From the human T2T-CHM13v2.0 reference genome, Homo sapiens, in the NCBI RefSeq assembly GCF_009914755.1, contig NC_060947.1: a stretch of DNA of 64,000 nt. One strand, 5' to 3'. This document shows, piece after piece, positions 21,748 to 35,600 of this stretch (positions are counted from its first letter, which is position 1; each line of letters starts with the position of its first letter). Under the pieces are notes generated by a model. It was not told the DNA's origin and ran no database searches. It saw nothing but the letters and a program-made list of their open reading frames with translations. A program made the translations under genes and the position numbers.

Positions 21748-22168
21748 TGTGATGATTAATTCTATGTGTCAACTTGGTTGAGCCACAGTGTCCAGATATT
21801 TGGCCAAACATTATTTTAGACGTTTCTATCAAGGTATTTTTTGGATGAGATTAATATTTAAATTAGTGAACTTTGAGTAAAACAGATTACCTTCTACAAT
21901 GTGAGTGGATGTGGGACTCATCCAATCAGATGATGGCCTTAGTAGAACAAAGACTGACTTCTGAGCAAGAAGAAATTCTTCCCGCAGATTGCCCTTGAAC
22001 TTGGCTGCAACTCCTTATTAAGTCTCCACCTTGATGACCTACCCCATCAGATTTTGGACTTGCTGACTCTCCACATTCCTGTGACCTAATTCCTTAAAAT
22101 AAACCTCTCTTTCTATATATACACACATCCTGTTGGTTATGTTTCTCTGGAGAACACTGACTAATACA
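21748..22168 (+). mobile_element. MLT2 (MLT2C/D-like) solo LTR
   Basis: Runs tgtgatgattaattctatgtgtcaacttg...tctctggagaacactgactaataca. Confidence 0.85.
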
Positions 22169-22372
22169 AATGTAAGATTCCCTGAATAATTATCTTTCTG
22201 AAAAACTTATTTTTCTTGTATCCTCATCTAAGTAAATGTGTATATTTCCCTGAGATATTTCTCCCTTTTCCTCGCCATACTGCCCCCACACACCATCCAA
22301 TCAGTCACAACTTCCTGTGATTTTCCATCAGAACTGTTTCTCAAATATGACCTTTTCCACTATCACTGATAG

Positions 22373-22827
<455 letters not shown>

Positions 22828-22914
22828 CCAGAGTGAGATTTCTAAAATACAAATTTGGCCTTGTTACTTCTACGCTTAAGAATTTCTATCATTCGGTATT
22901 TCCATTATCTACTT

Positions 22915-23230
22915 GGTGTGACTTCTTAGTCCATGAACTGGCAGCAAATGGCATCACCTGGAAGATTGTTAGAAATGCGGAATATCAGACCCCAACACAT
23001 ACCAACTGAATCAGAATCTGAAATGTTCACAAGGATTCCAGGTAATTTTTATGCAGATTAAAATTTAAGCAGCACTCTAGGCCACAGTTTTCTAAACCTG
23101 GCTAGTCACTATGATAACCTTGGGACCATTTTTTAAAAAAGATTCCTTCTATTCAAGATGTATTGAATACAAACTTCCAGGAGAAGGATCAGGTAATCTG
23201 TATTTTTACAAAACTCCCTATTCAATAGAT
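22915..23230. mobile_element. Two adjacent MER5-family MITEs (hAT-Charlie)
   Basis: MER5A motif gcatcacctggaagattgttagaaatgc...actgaatcagaatctg, then a second unit ttttctaaacctgg...aatctgtatttttacaaaactccc. Confidence 0.65.
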
Positions 23231-23319
23231 GCAACTGTAGATTTCCAACAGTTTAGTTACACTTTTTCACCCTACCTTTTTTATCTCACTTTTTTCAGGC
23301 TTCTCTGTCTTTTTACATA

Positions 23320-23670
23320 AAATTATTTTGCCTGGCAGACTGTTCCTCCTTTTCTTATCTGGCAAAAATATCTTATTCCTCATTTAATACCCAACTCAAA
23401 TACTTTTTTTAGTGAAGCTTTTCCTAATTCTCCCAGAGAAAATAACTTATTTCCTATATGTTTCGGGGAAATGTTGGGGAACATTCCATTATAGCATCTT
23501 ATTGTATGGTTATAGTTATTTACTCACTTACTTTCTCCTCCACTGGGCTATGAGCTCCAACTTTTAAGCATTGGAGCTTTATCATCTTTATATCTCTCAC
23601 TACCAAGGACTCTTGACACAATAGATTCTCAGTACATAACTGATAAATGCTCACTGAATAAATGAAATTA
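23320..23670 (+). mobile_element. L2 3' end
   Basis: ctatgagctcc...ctcagtacataactgataaatg...tgaataaatgaa tail. Confidence 0.6.
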
Positions 23671-24628
23671 GACTCTGTCAAATCACATGCTACTAAGCAA
23701 ACATGCATTAGTCTTAACAGAATATTTTAGTACTTAAAAAAGAGCTACTTAATAGAATTAAAGAAACAATAATACCATACGTAAATTTCATTTTTGAACA
23801 ATAAATAGTTAGAACTCCTGGGCAAATTTCTTCTATCATGTTTTTTTAATCACACTTAAATGATCTAGTGTTTTTATAAAAGCATATGCATTTGTCTTTC
23901 TTACCCATGTCATGTTTGATACATACAGTATTCTTTGCACTTACCAGGAAGAACATTTAGCCAGAGGGACCCTCTCATCTCACTGTATGGCATTCCTGTG
24001 TCCTTCATTTAAAAACCCAAAGTAGAATTGCATCACTCACTCCAAACTTTTTGAAGTCAATTCTGTTTCATATTGCCATTACAGGGAATTTTTAAGCATT
24101 GCCTTAAACTGTCAAGTTTACAGGCACCTTCTTCAACAGAATAGACTATTTCAAAGTGGGATTATAAATGTTTAATGACAGAGATTGCCCTAAGAGATAC
24201 CCTATTATTAATATGATTTGAAATGGACCTGAAACACATTTATTTGGGCCTTTACAATTCTATTTCCCCCAAATCTTCAGAATGGCCAATTAAAACTACC
24301 TCTAAGTGAAACATTGATAAAAATATGATGCAGTAAGAAAAAAATTAAATCTATGGGGTTTTAAAAAATACATTTTCAGGCACAGAACTGTATCGGCTAA
24401 TTTGGTCAACATCCCATTTTCTACTAGTTTTAAAGTTCATTTGGTGCACTGGGGCATCAGCATTCTTTTCATTATTCAATGCCCTCTTCTTTGTTTCCAG
24501 GCAACTATTATGATGTTGTCTCATATGCATATTAATGAGGAGCTGTTCCTGTGCCTTTTAAAGGAAGCTATATTGCACTGTAGTCTTCTATATTGCTCTA
24601 TATACTTCTCTCCTCCCATCTATCCCCC

Positions 24629-24632
<4 letters not shown>

Positions 24633-24662
<30 letters not shown>
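24633..24662. repeat. (AC)15 microsatellite
   Basis: Perfect dinucleotide run read directly. Confidence 0.95.
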
Positions 24663-24666
<4 letters not shown>

Positions 24667-25429
24667 TGCCTACTAGTTTTCCTTGAAAGCTGAGAGAAAT
24701 GTATTTCACATAAGCACTTCAAATGCTGGGATTTTTCAAAAGGTTTCATTTTAAAGAAAATGATAAAGAAAGGAAAAGTTTTCTGGACTAGAGATCTGCA
24801 ATCAGATCTGTACCATAAGCCTGTGCCCAAACGTTCAAATTATAATTAGTCAATAAGGAAATCAAGGTAACACTTTCAAGGTGGTTTTGATAAACAGTTT
24901 AGGTTCATCAAAAATGATTCCACTCTCTCTGAAAAGGAAATGACATCTCTGCTTATTACAAATATGAATTATTCATTTGGTAGTTAGATGAATATGAAGT
25001 TCTGTGAGATGGAGTAGTGCTAAGTTTGGGAGATAGTTTCATATGAAAGCATCACAGAATCCCTTTCAAAATTCAACAGAAATAATTATCTTTCACTATT
25101 CTTTTGTAGTCAACAAGAAATCAGTGATAAAAATGAAAATTGTATTAATTATAAATCAGAGGCTTTTGCATGGACACAACATCATACGGAAAAATACTAT
25201 CTTAGGGGGAAAATAGATGCAATTTCTTGTGCCGCTGTAAAATAAGAATACAGAAAAAAAGTTTAGTTTTTGAAGAAAAATCAGTGAAGTTCTTTTTATT
25301 ATGCTCAAGTTTGTGTTCAGAGATCAAGATATGGTCACTTGAAGCATTTTTATTTAAGAAAATTTGTATTTGTTTCACTAGAATTCTTTAAAAACTTGGT
25401 TTGTGTTTTAGATGATACAACCAATTACA

Positions 25430-26105
25430 CAGCATAGTTGTTATCTTCAAGGAGCTTCCCATCTACTTAAGGAAATAAGGTACCACAACACAAGATATAA
25501 CGAGACTTAGTCCCGAATCAGTAGCACAGATTCATAAATACTAAATTAATCTGGAATGACCGGATGTTACTATGTGTTGATATTGTGGAAGGCTTCCTAG
25601 CAATAGTGCTTGTTCTGAGTGTTCAAGAATTGGTTGGTTTTACACAGGTTAAGAGGTATAGGGAGGGGACAGAATGATTGGAAAGAGAATGTATATAGCC
25701 AGTTGACAATAGATTTCTTTGACTGGAGCAAAAGGATCCTATTAGGGGACTGTGGAACACAGTATCCAAAAAGTATGTGTGGACTAAGAAACAAGTCCTT
25801 GAATGCCATCTGAAAAAGTTTTCGATATTGTATCCATGAAGGTGCCTGAGCAAGAGACAGATATAAATGAAAAACAAACAAAAAAAAAGCTTTTCATGAA
25901 GATGAAGCTGACTATAATATGAGGAATGGTTTTAAATAGGGGGATGAGAGTTCTGAGCTAGAACTGTGGAAAAAAATGCAAGAAAGTTAATGAAGCAGGA
26001 CTAGATTTAATATGGGGGCATGGGAGATATAAATGCCACAGATGATTTCAAACTTATAAGTCTGAGTTACTGCAATAATGATAGTTTCATTGATAAAAAC
26101 AGAAA
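25430..26105 (-). mobile_element. Highly diverged L2
   Basis: Reverse L2-like motifs tcaaggagcttcccatcta, ggaaggcttcct and gatgatttcaaac...agtttcattga. Confidence 0.5.
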
Positions 26106-26479
26106 TTTTGTTCCCTAATATAAATTATTTCCATACCAGTTTTACCGTTTAGAAAGAATACACTTGGTGAATGTCACTGCAACAGGAATATTTCTAAGTG
26201 ACTTCCAAGTTAAGAAACTATAGAAGATTTGCATAAATCCAAAGCCTACTATGCTCTCATCTATGCTCCTGGTCTAATAGCATAAAAATAATAGTTCCAA
26301 AGGGTATAACTGACATATTCCCACGTGCTTTCCAGTGCCCATATTCTCTGTTGGCTAATCAATCCAGGACAATTTTAGAGACTTAAGCCAGACCAGACAG
26401 TGCTGCATTATTTGATTGTAAAGATCCCAAACTCTTTCTTACCTTTTCACTCATTTATTGAAACTTAAATGTTTTGAGC

Positions 26480-26785
26480 TCCTTTTAGTAGCCTTTACCA
26501 GCATTATGTCAGTGAGAAATAATCTTACATTGTAAGGAATTTCCAAAACTATAATGAAAAAAATGAATTATAACGATCTATTTTAGAAAGGGATCATGGT
26601 CAAATAAGTTATGGAAATACTACATATTTTACCTTACACTTAGATTACTACAGGGTCTGAGAAGTCCCTAACTTGTTACATTTTATTTGAACTATTGTTT
26701 CCCAAGCTTATTTGTAATTTGTCATAGAATAACTGTTTACAGCTTGTGAATATAGTGTTCTAAATGACACTTTGAGAAATACAGG
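26480..26785. mobile_element. hAT-Charlie MITE remnant (MER103-like)
   Basis: Internal inverted motifs ggtcaaataagtt and cccaagcttatttg; terminal cactttgagaaatac. Confidence 0.45.
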
Positions 26786-26802
26786 CTTGTTATGTTGCCT
26801 GC

Positions 26803-27651
26803 TGTCTTAGTCCATTTTGTGCAGCTATAGAAGAATATCTGCTACTGGGTAATTAATAAACAACAGAAATTTATTCCTCACAATTCTGGAAGCTGGGAAG
26901 TCCAAGATCAAGGTGCTAGCATCTCTTGAGAGCCCTCTTAATATGTTCTCACATGACAAAAGGAAGAAGGGCAAGAGAGGACAAACGTTGTGTCCTCACA
27001 TGGCAGAAGAGCAAAAGAGAAAAAAAAAAAACAACTCGTGCAAGTCCTTTTTATAGTAGCATTAATCTCTTCATGAGGGCAGAGCCCTCGTGACCTAAAC
27101 ACCACCCCGAAGGCCACATCTGTTGCACTAGGGATTAAGTTTCCAACATATACATTTTGTTTATTTAAAACAATTTCAACTTTTATTTTAAATTCAGAGG
27201 TTGCATGTGCAGGTTTGTTATATGGATATTGCATGATGCTGAGGTTTGAGGTCCAAATGATCACATCACTCAGGTAGTGACCATAGTACCATCAAGTAGG
27301 TTTTAAGCCCTTGAGCCCCTCCCTCTCTACTTTCTCCAGTAGTCTCCACTGTTTACTGCTCACATCTTCGTGTCTGTGTGTACCCAATATTTAGCTCCCA
27401 CGTTCTAAGTGAGAGCATGTGATATTTGGTTTTCCATTCCCGTGTTAATTTGCTTAGGATAATGGCCTCCAGCTGTATCCAGGTTGCTGCAAAAGATAGG
27501 ATTTCATTCTTTTTATGGCTGTGTAGTATTTCATGATGTATGTGTACCATATTTTCTTTATCCAATTCACAACTTATGGTCACCTAGGTTCATTCCACAT
27601 CTTTGCTATTGCCAACATGAATTTTGGAGAGGACACATTCAAACCATAGCA
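26803..27651 (-). mobile_element. MST (MSTC/D-like) solo LTR, interrupted by an L1
   Basis: tgtcttagtccattttg...catgagggcagagccctc...ccaacat, then the L1, then ccaacatgaattttgg...caaaccatagca. Flanks cctgc/cctga. Confidence 0.8.
27153..27611 (-). mobile_element. L1PA16/17-like 3' end
   Basis: tgcatgatgctgaggtttg...tcactcaggtagtga 3'UTR; ORF2 tail ILSFAATWIQLEAIILSKLT; ccaacat duplicated at the junctions. Confidence 0.8.
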
Positions 27652-28934
27652 CCTGATAACACAGAGTTTTTTATTTTAACAAGGGACAATGCCTAATAAA
27701 ATGGAATAAATCCTAATAGTATAGTTTATTATTACATATCATAAGCAGAAATAATTTTGGTAGAAAACCACTCCATGTAGATAGTTGGCCAATTATTTTA
27801 CTTATACATAAGGTTAGACATGCTAATTATTGTTAGCATGAGTACCACTCCACCAGAGCCCCAGGACTGATTCTTCTTGCACTTGTTAATAATAGATATG
27901 TGTAAATCCCTAATTTTGGCTTTTTGCCAGGTCCTAAGTCATTATTTCTAATTATCTTCTGGACATTGCAATTTAGGATATAAGCTACTGCTTACAACAA
28001 TAGATAAATTGTAGGAAAACATTTGATAAGTCTGTTACAGGGTTTGTAAGAACCTGTTATCTGTTTTCTACTAAAAAAAAGTACAACTCTGTATTATAAA
28101 TGAAGAATAAATTGTGGGTGATAGAGAATTGGTGTTGTGATGGGAAAGAAGCAAGAGAGAAGAGGATAATTTTTAGTATGTTTATGGCAGGGTAATACAG
28201 AAAGTTTTCCTCTTTGCTTTTGAATATAATAAAAATTCAAAAAGATAAATGTATAAAATCACACAAATCCTGTTTCATTGAAACTAAGCCATAGCTATAA
28301 TCTACATATCAAAACATGATGTCTGCATAACACAACTTAGATTGGTGCAGAGTCCCTGCGTGTAAAGTACTACAATAAGTTGTCAGGGATCAGTGAATAG
28401 AAGTCCAACAGCAGCATATCTTTGAAAACACTGGCAAGATATACATGCTCAGATGCTAATCAAAGGTCGTAACTCTATCGCTCTTGCTTACAAAAGTTGC
28501 TGTCGGTTTGAGATGAGAGGGAGTGCCAAGAGGTCAGCTATGTTACAGAAGCCACATGGAGTGAGGTATCAATAAGACACAGAAAGTAGAGTAAAAGCAC
28601 CCAGGGGTGGTCAGTATCAGAAAATGCCAAATAAAAGTACATTTCTGAATGAACTTCCTCCAATTAGGTGGGCTTGATTAATTCTAACACATTCTAAAAT
28701 GAAAGTAGTGATAGCATTAGTATAAATTAAGGAAAAAGGTGGAAAAAAGTAGTAGCACCTTGTGGAACAAGAACATTCACCAACAAATATTGCCATGGAA
28801 CACCAAATATTCTCCTTCATTAAATATACATGTCATATATGTCATACAGAACATATAATGTATATGACATATACATATGATGTATGATATATGTATGTGA
28901 TAACATAAAAATGGTACCACTGTAAAACTTTGGA

Positions 28935-30165
28935 AATACATAAAATGAAGTCTAAATCTGTAAGGTCTAAAACTAGAAAGATCTTAGAAGAAAACACAGG
29001 GGTAATTTTTTAGTAACTTGAGTTAGGCAGTGATTTATTGGATATAACACTAAAAGTACAAACAACAAAAGAAACAAATAGCTAAACTGAACTATATCAA
29101 AAAGTTTTTAAGATGCGCTACAAATTGTACCATCAACAAAGTCAAAGTACAACCAACCCACACAATGGGAGAAATTATTTGAAAGTCATATATTTAAGAA
29201 GGGACTAGTATCCAGATTACATTAAAGACTAATAAACCAATAATAAAAGACAACTAAACCAATACAAAATATGCAAAGGATTTGAATAGACATTGCATAT
29301 CTCCAAATAAGATACTCAAATAGCCAACAAGTACATGAAAAGATGTTCATCATTAGGCATTAGAAAAATGCAAATCAAAACCACAGTGTAATATCACTTC
29401 ATACCCACTAGGGTGGCTATAATTAAAACACAAAAACCAAATAGGAAATAGCAAGTGTTGGAGATGTGCAGAAATTATTAAATTCATACACTTCTGGTAA
29501 GGATATAAAATGGTGCATCCACTTTGGAAAACAGATTGACAATTCCTCAAAATGGTTAAGCACAGAGTTACCATATGACTCGGTAGTTTCACTCCTTATG
29601 TATCTAACTGAAAATATTGAGAACGTTATGTTCATACAAAAACTTGTACATGAATAACCAGAGCAAGATAATTCATAATAGCCCCAAAGTGGAAACAACC
29701 CATATATCCATCCATTTATTTATTTATGTAAAAAGTATAAATTTATTGTTTATCCTATGACTAGATAAATAACATGTTCTATATCCATAAAATGGAGTAT
29801 GATTTCATAATTAAAAAGTTAGGAAGTGCTGATACAAGCTACAGCATCAATGGAACTCAAAAACATTATGCTAAGTGAAAGAAACTAGGTACAAAAGGTC
29901 ATATATTATATGATCTCATTTATATAAATGTCCAGAATAAGCAAATTCATAGAAACAGAATCTAGATTAAAGGTTTCTAGAGGTTGGGATGGAGGAAGAG
30001 GGAGAAGGATTGCTAACAGGTACAGAGTTTCCTTTTGGGATGATGAAGATGTTCTAAAATTAGACTTTAATAATATTTCTAGAACTCTGTGAATATAATA
30101 AAATCATTCAACTGTAAATTTTAATTGGGTAAGTTTTATGATAATGAATTATGTCTCAAAAATGA
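28935..30165 (+). mobile_element. Old L1 3' part (L1MB/L1ME-like)
   Basis: Decayed ORF2 C-terminus (aaatgcaaatcaaaaccacagtg) and 3'UTR (aacattatgctaagtgaaag...ggtacagagtttccttttggg). Confidence 0.7.
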
Positions 30166-30759
30166 TTATGAAAAACAATGAGCAGTCAAAGTTGGAAAGA
30201 AGATGGGAAACGGAGTGCCTCAGAGTGTCTCATTGACTGACTTATCTAAAATAATTAGAAGTTACCATTGTGCAGTAATTGATTAAAGCATGTAACAGTA
30301 AAAAAGTAAATGTTAATAAAGAGAATAGTTTTGAGTATTGAGTGAAAAGAAGGAAAGAAAGGAGAAATAAATTATTTAATGTTGTTTTCATTTAGATATA
30401 GTCTAAATAAATAGAAAGTTAAGCATTGCACATAAAGTTATTATTATAAATGCAAACATCAGAAAAAAATAAAACATTTCCTAAATAGCAGAAAAGCAAA
30501 TACAAAACGGCACACATACACACAAACCCCAAAAGTAAAAGCGAAGCAAAGCAATTCAGTAAGTATGACACTAGACTCTTATATCCCAACACACACCAAA
30601 ATTAATTATTGACAATACATATATCTAAATGCAAAACTAGTTTATTATAACATATATTATATTGTTATTATATTACTATATATAATATATATTATTATAG
30701 CATATTATATTTATTATATATAAAACTATATTATAAATCTTCTAGAAAAAGTAAACAAA

Positions 30760-32305
30760 TGGGCCAAAAACCTTAACAGACACCTCACCAAAGAAGAAAG
30801 AAAGATGGCAAATAAGCATATGAAAAGATGTTCCATATCATATGCTATCAGGGAAATATAAACTAAAACAACAATAAGATACCACTACACACCTCTTAGA
30901 ATGGCCAAAATCCAGAACACTGACATGGTGGCAAGGATATGGATATACAGGAACTATCATTTGTTGCTGTTGGAAATACAAAATGGTGCAGCCACTTTGG
31001 AAGATACATTAGCAGTTTCTTAGAAAACTTAACATACATTTACCATATGATCCAGCAGTCACACTCCTCGGTATTTACCCAAAGGAGTTGAAAATTTATG
31101 TCCACATAACAGCCTGCAAACAAATGCTTATAGCATTAATTAATAATGTGCAAAACTTGGCAACAACCAAGATATTCATCAGCAGGTGACTGGATGAATC
31201 AATTGTGGTATATCCAGACAATGAAATATTATTCAGTGATAAAAAGAAAAGAGCTACCAAGGAATGAAAAGACATGGAGAAATCTTAAATGCATATTATT
31301 AAGTGAAAGAAGCTAATCTGAGATTATATATTGTGTGATTCCAACTATATGATGTTCTGGTGAAGGCAAAACTGTGGAAATAATTAAAAGGTTTGTGTTT
31401 GCCAGGGTTTAGGGGTGAGGGAGGAATCAATAGGTTGGAGCACAAAATTTTTTTTAATGGATCTTGGAATTAAGCTAAAAGAAGCTGAAAAGAGAGATTT
31501 AGAGGAAGAAAAGGAGAAGAAAGAGAAGATAAAGAGGAAGAGACAAGTACACCCAGCAGCTATTACTCACAAAAGCTTTCTTGGAGAAATATTTTCACTA
31601 TTTCACCTTTTATGAAACTGTGGCAAAATCTCAGACTCACGTTGTATTTCCACATCTGCATACATGAGTGGAGATAATATCCCTCAAAGTTTGCCTTGTA
31701 GACCAAGTCAGAGAATATTAGTCCTGGCATAAAAGGAATGTGAAATCCAGAATACAGGCCACCGGAGGACCTGAAAAAAGTCTACATTTGGAAGTACCTG
31801 CCTGAGTTTGCATACTGGCGCCATCTCCTTTAGTTGTTGACTGTGACAAAAATTACTTAGCCTTTCTGATTCTCCATACCCTCCTCCCTAAAGCACTGTT
31901 TGTTTTATAATATACTTTAATTTCAAAGCCTCAATTTTTAAGCGTTAGTTTCACAGCAAAACTGAGAAGAAGGTACAGACACAGAGGATTTTTAGGGCAG
32001 TGAAACTGCTTTGCACACTATAATGATGGATACATGGCATTATACATTTGCCCAAATCCATAGAATATACAACACCAAGAGTGAATCCTAATGTAAAATA
32101 TGAACTTTAGGTGACAGCGATATGTCAGTTTAGGTGCATCAATTGTAATAAATGTACCATTGTGGTGTGGGATGTTGATAGTCGTGGATGGAGACTATGC
32201 ATGTTGCAGGGTGAAAGGGGGAATATAGGAAATCTCTATACTTTCCTCTTAATTTTACTGTGAACCTGAAACTACTTTAAAAAAACAAAAATCTATTTAA
32301 AAAAC
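30760..32305 (+). mobile_element. L1MC1/2-like 3' part
   Basis: aacagacacctcaccaaagaag...caacaccaagagtgaatcctaatgtaaa...ttttactgtgaacctgaaact; 11-bp TSD aagtaaacaaa (30749-30759, 32306-32316). Confidence 0.8.
31448..31979 (-). mobile_element. Short L1MC 3' terminus plus about 450 bp of non-L1 DNA (putative 3' transduction)
   Basis: 31900-31979 is the reverse complement of the L1MC terminus seen at 32235-32300. A T-run lies at 31448-31455, and the flanks are cacaaaattttt and cacagaggattttt. Confidence 0.55.
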
Positions 32306-32344
32306 AAGTAAACAAAGGAGAATATTTTTGCGATGTTGGGATAG

Positions 32345-32649
<305 letters not shown>

Positions 32650-35600
32650 AGGCAAAGTTTTTAGAACACAGAGGCACTAGCTAAAACAAAAGTAAATTTG
32701 ATTTCATCAAACAAAAACTAAAATAAAAACCTTTATTTATTGAAAAACACCATTAGTAAAATGAAAGAGGCAAGCCATATATGAGGGGAAAATATTTGCA
32801 ATACATATATTTGATAAATAACATATATGCATAATATGTAAAGAACTCCTAAACACCATAATATACAAACAATCCAATAAAAATGGGGAAAGGAGTCTTG
32901 AAATGCATTTTTTAAAAAGACATACAAATGGCCAATAAGCACATGAAAAAGAGATCAGTATCATTATATGTAAGAGAAATGTAGATTAAAATCACAGTGA
33001 GATACCATTTCACAGTCACTAGAATGGCGAAAATTAAAAATACTTAAAATACTCAACATCAGCATGGAAGTAGAGCAATTGAAACTTTCGTACATTCCTA
33101 ATGAAATTGTAAAATGCTATAATTACCTTAGAAAACTTATTTGACAATTTCTTAGAGTGTTGAATATATATCTGTTCTACAATCCACTCCTAAGGATTTA
33201 CTGAACAGAAATGAAAACTTCACACAAACAAACACACAAAATGTGGTGAATGCAAAATTGTTCATAGCAGCTTTATTCGTGTAAACCCCAAACCAGACCA
33301 AGTCAAATTGTATCAACAACTGAATGGAAAACAAACTATAATATATTCATACAGTGGAATACTATTCAATAATAAAAAGGAACTTTAATGATGTAAGCAG
33401 CAGCATGTATAAAACTCAGAATCACTACATTGATTGATAGAAGGCAGGCACAAAATGTAATTCTTTATAATTCCATTTATATGAAGTTTCAGAAGCAAAA
33501 CTAATCTATTGTGGTAGAAATAAAAACAGCAGTTGCTTCTGCTACCATTTGGGAAGTGGGAGATTAATTGCCAGGAAAGAGACCCAAGCGAACTTTCTGA
33601 GGAGATAAAAATGTTTTATATATTGATTTTGTTGGTGGTTACAAGAGTGTTTATATATTTGTCAAAACTCATCAAACTGTATATTTAAAATCATGTTTGG
33701 TATTTTATGTAAATTATACCTTGAAACACCTCACAATGCATAACTAAAACAAACACACAGACACAAAGCATAAAGAAAAATTTCTTGCAAAAGAGCTCTC
33801 ACTCAGGCAGACTCCTAATAGGAACATAGGGCAAGAGTACAAATGGAGACTCATATATCATATGCCCAAATATTTACAATCAAGCTTACAAAACTGCTGA
33901 ATAAAATATGTTCTATCCTCCTACATTGACAAGTATACCTTTCTAATAATAAATCTAAAATATGTGTAAAGCTGTGATTTCCATATGACTGAATGTTGAC
34001 AAAATCACAAAGATGACTAAATTTAGTTGTTATTGCACATGTCTGTATGTCCCTTCATGGTCCAGGAACGTTGGTTGAGTCATAAGATGAACTTGTATAA
34101 AAATGATACATCTATATATTATTTATTTCATAAATTATTTTTTTCTACTTTCACTTCAGCAAAATCATTAATTATGACTTTATAATCAAGTTTCTTACAC
34201 AAGTTGGGTCCTATTGACTGTACTGAATCAAAGGCTTAAAAATAAATATAGAAAGTCCTAACCAAAGCAATCAGACAAGAGAAAGAAATAAAAGGTATCT
34301 AAATAGGAAAAGAACAAATCAAACATCTCTCTTCAATGCTATACCTAGAAAACCCTAAAAACTCTGCCAAAAAGCTCCTGGAACTGATAAATGACTTAGG
34401 TAAAGTTTCAGGTTACAAACTCAATGTGAAAAATTCAGTAGCATTTCTATACATCAATAATGCTCAAGCTCAGAGCCAAATGAAGAATGCAATCTCATTT
34501 ACAATATCCACACACAAAAATAAAATACCTGGAAATACATCTAACCAAGAAGGTGAAAGATCTCTACAAGGAGAACTATAAAACATTGCTGAAAGAAATC
34601 ACAGATGAGACAAACAAATGGAAAAACATTCCATGCTCATAGATTGGAACAATCAATATTAAAATGACCATACTGCTCAAAGCAATCTCCAGATTCAACA
34701 CCATGCCTATCAAGAAACCATCATCATTTTTCATGGAACTAGAAAAAATTATTCTAAAATTTTTATGAAACCCAAAAGATACCTGAATGGCCAAAGCAAT
34801 CCTAAGCAAAAAAGAACAAAGCCCAAGGCATCACATGATCCAACTTCAAACTACACTATAAGGATATGGTAATCAAAACAGCATAGCACTGGTACAAAAA
34901 CAGACACATAGATCCATGGAAAGGGTTAAAGAATCCAGAAATAAAGCTGCACACCTACAGTCATCTTATATTCGAGAAAGTTGACAAAAGTAAGCAATGG
35001 GGAAGTGATTCCCTATTCAATAAATGATGCTGGGATAGCTGGCTAGCCATATGGAGAATAATGAAACTGGACTCCTACCTTTCACCATATATAAAAATTA
35101 ACAAAAGATAGATTAAATAGTTAAATATAAGACCTCTAACTATAAGAATCCTACAAGAAAACCTAGGAAACACCATTCTGGACATCAGCCTTGAGAAATA
35201 ATTCATTACTAAGTCCTCAAAAACAATTGCAACAAAAACAAAATTGGCAAGTGGGACCTAACTAAACTAATGAGTTTTCGTTTCTTTAAAAACTTTTATT
35301 TTAGGGTCAGGGGTACATGTGAAGGTTTGCTACATAGATAAACTCATGTCACAGATATTTGTTGTACAGATTATTTCAAAACCCAGGAATTAAGCCTGGT
35401 ACCCAAGAGTTATCTTTTCTGCTCCTCTCCCTCCTCCCACCCTCCACCCTCAAGCAGACCCCAGCGTCTGCTGTTTCCTTCTTTGTTTTATAAGCTCTCA
35501 TCATTTAGCTCCCACTTATAAGCGAGAACATGCAGTATTTGGTTTTCTTTTCCTGCATTTGTTGGCTAAAGATAATAGCCTCCAGCTCCATCCATGTTTC

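Noticed and set aside
28830-30735. (catat)n-like and (TA)-rich tracts at about 28830-28900 and 30640-30735
   Set aside because: These are ordinary low-complexity slippage products.
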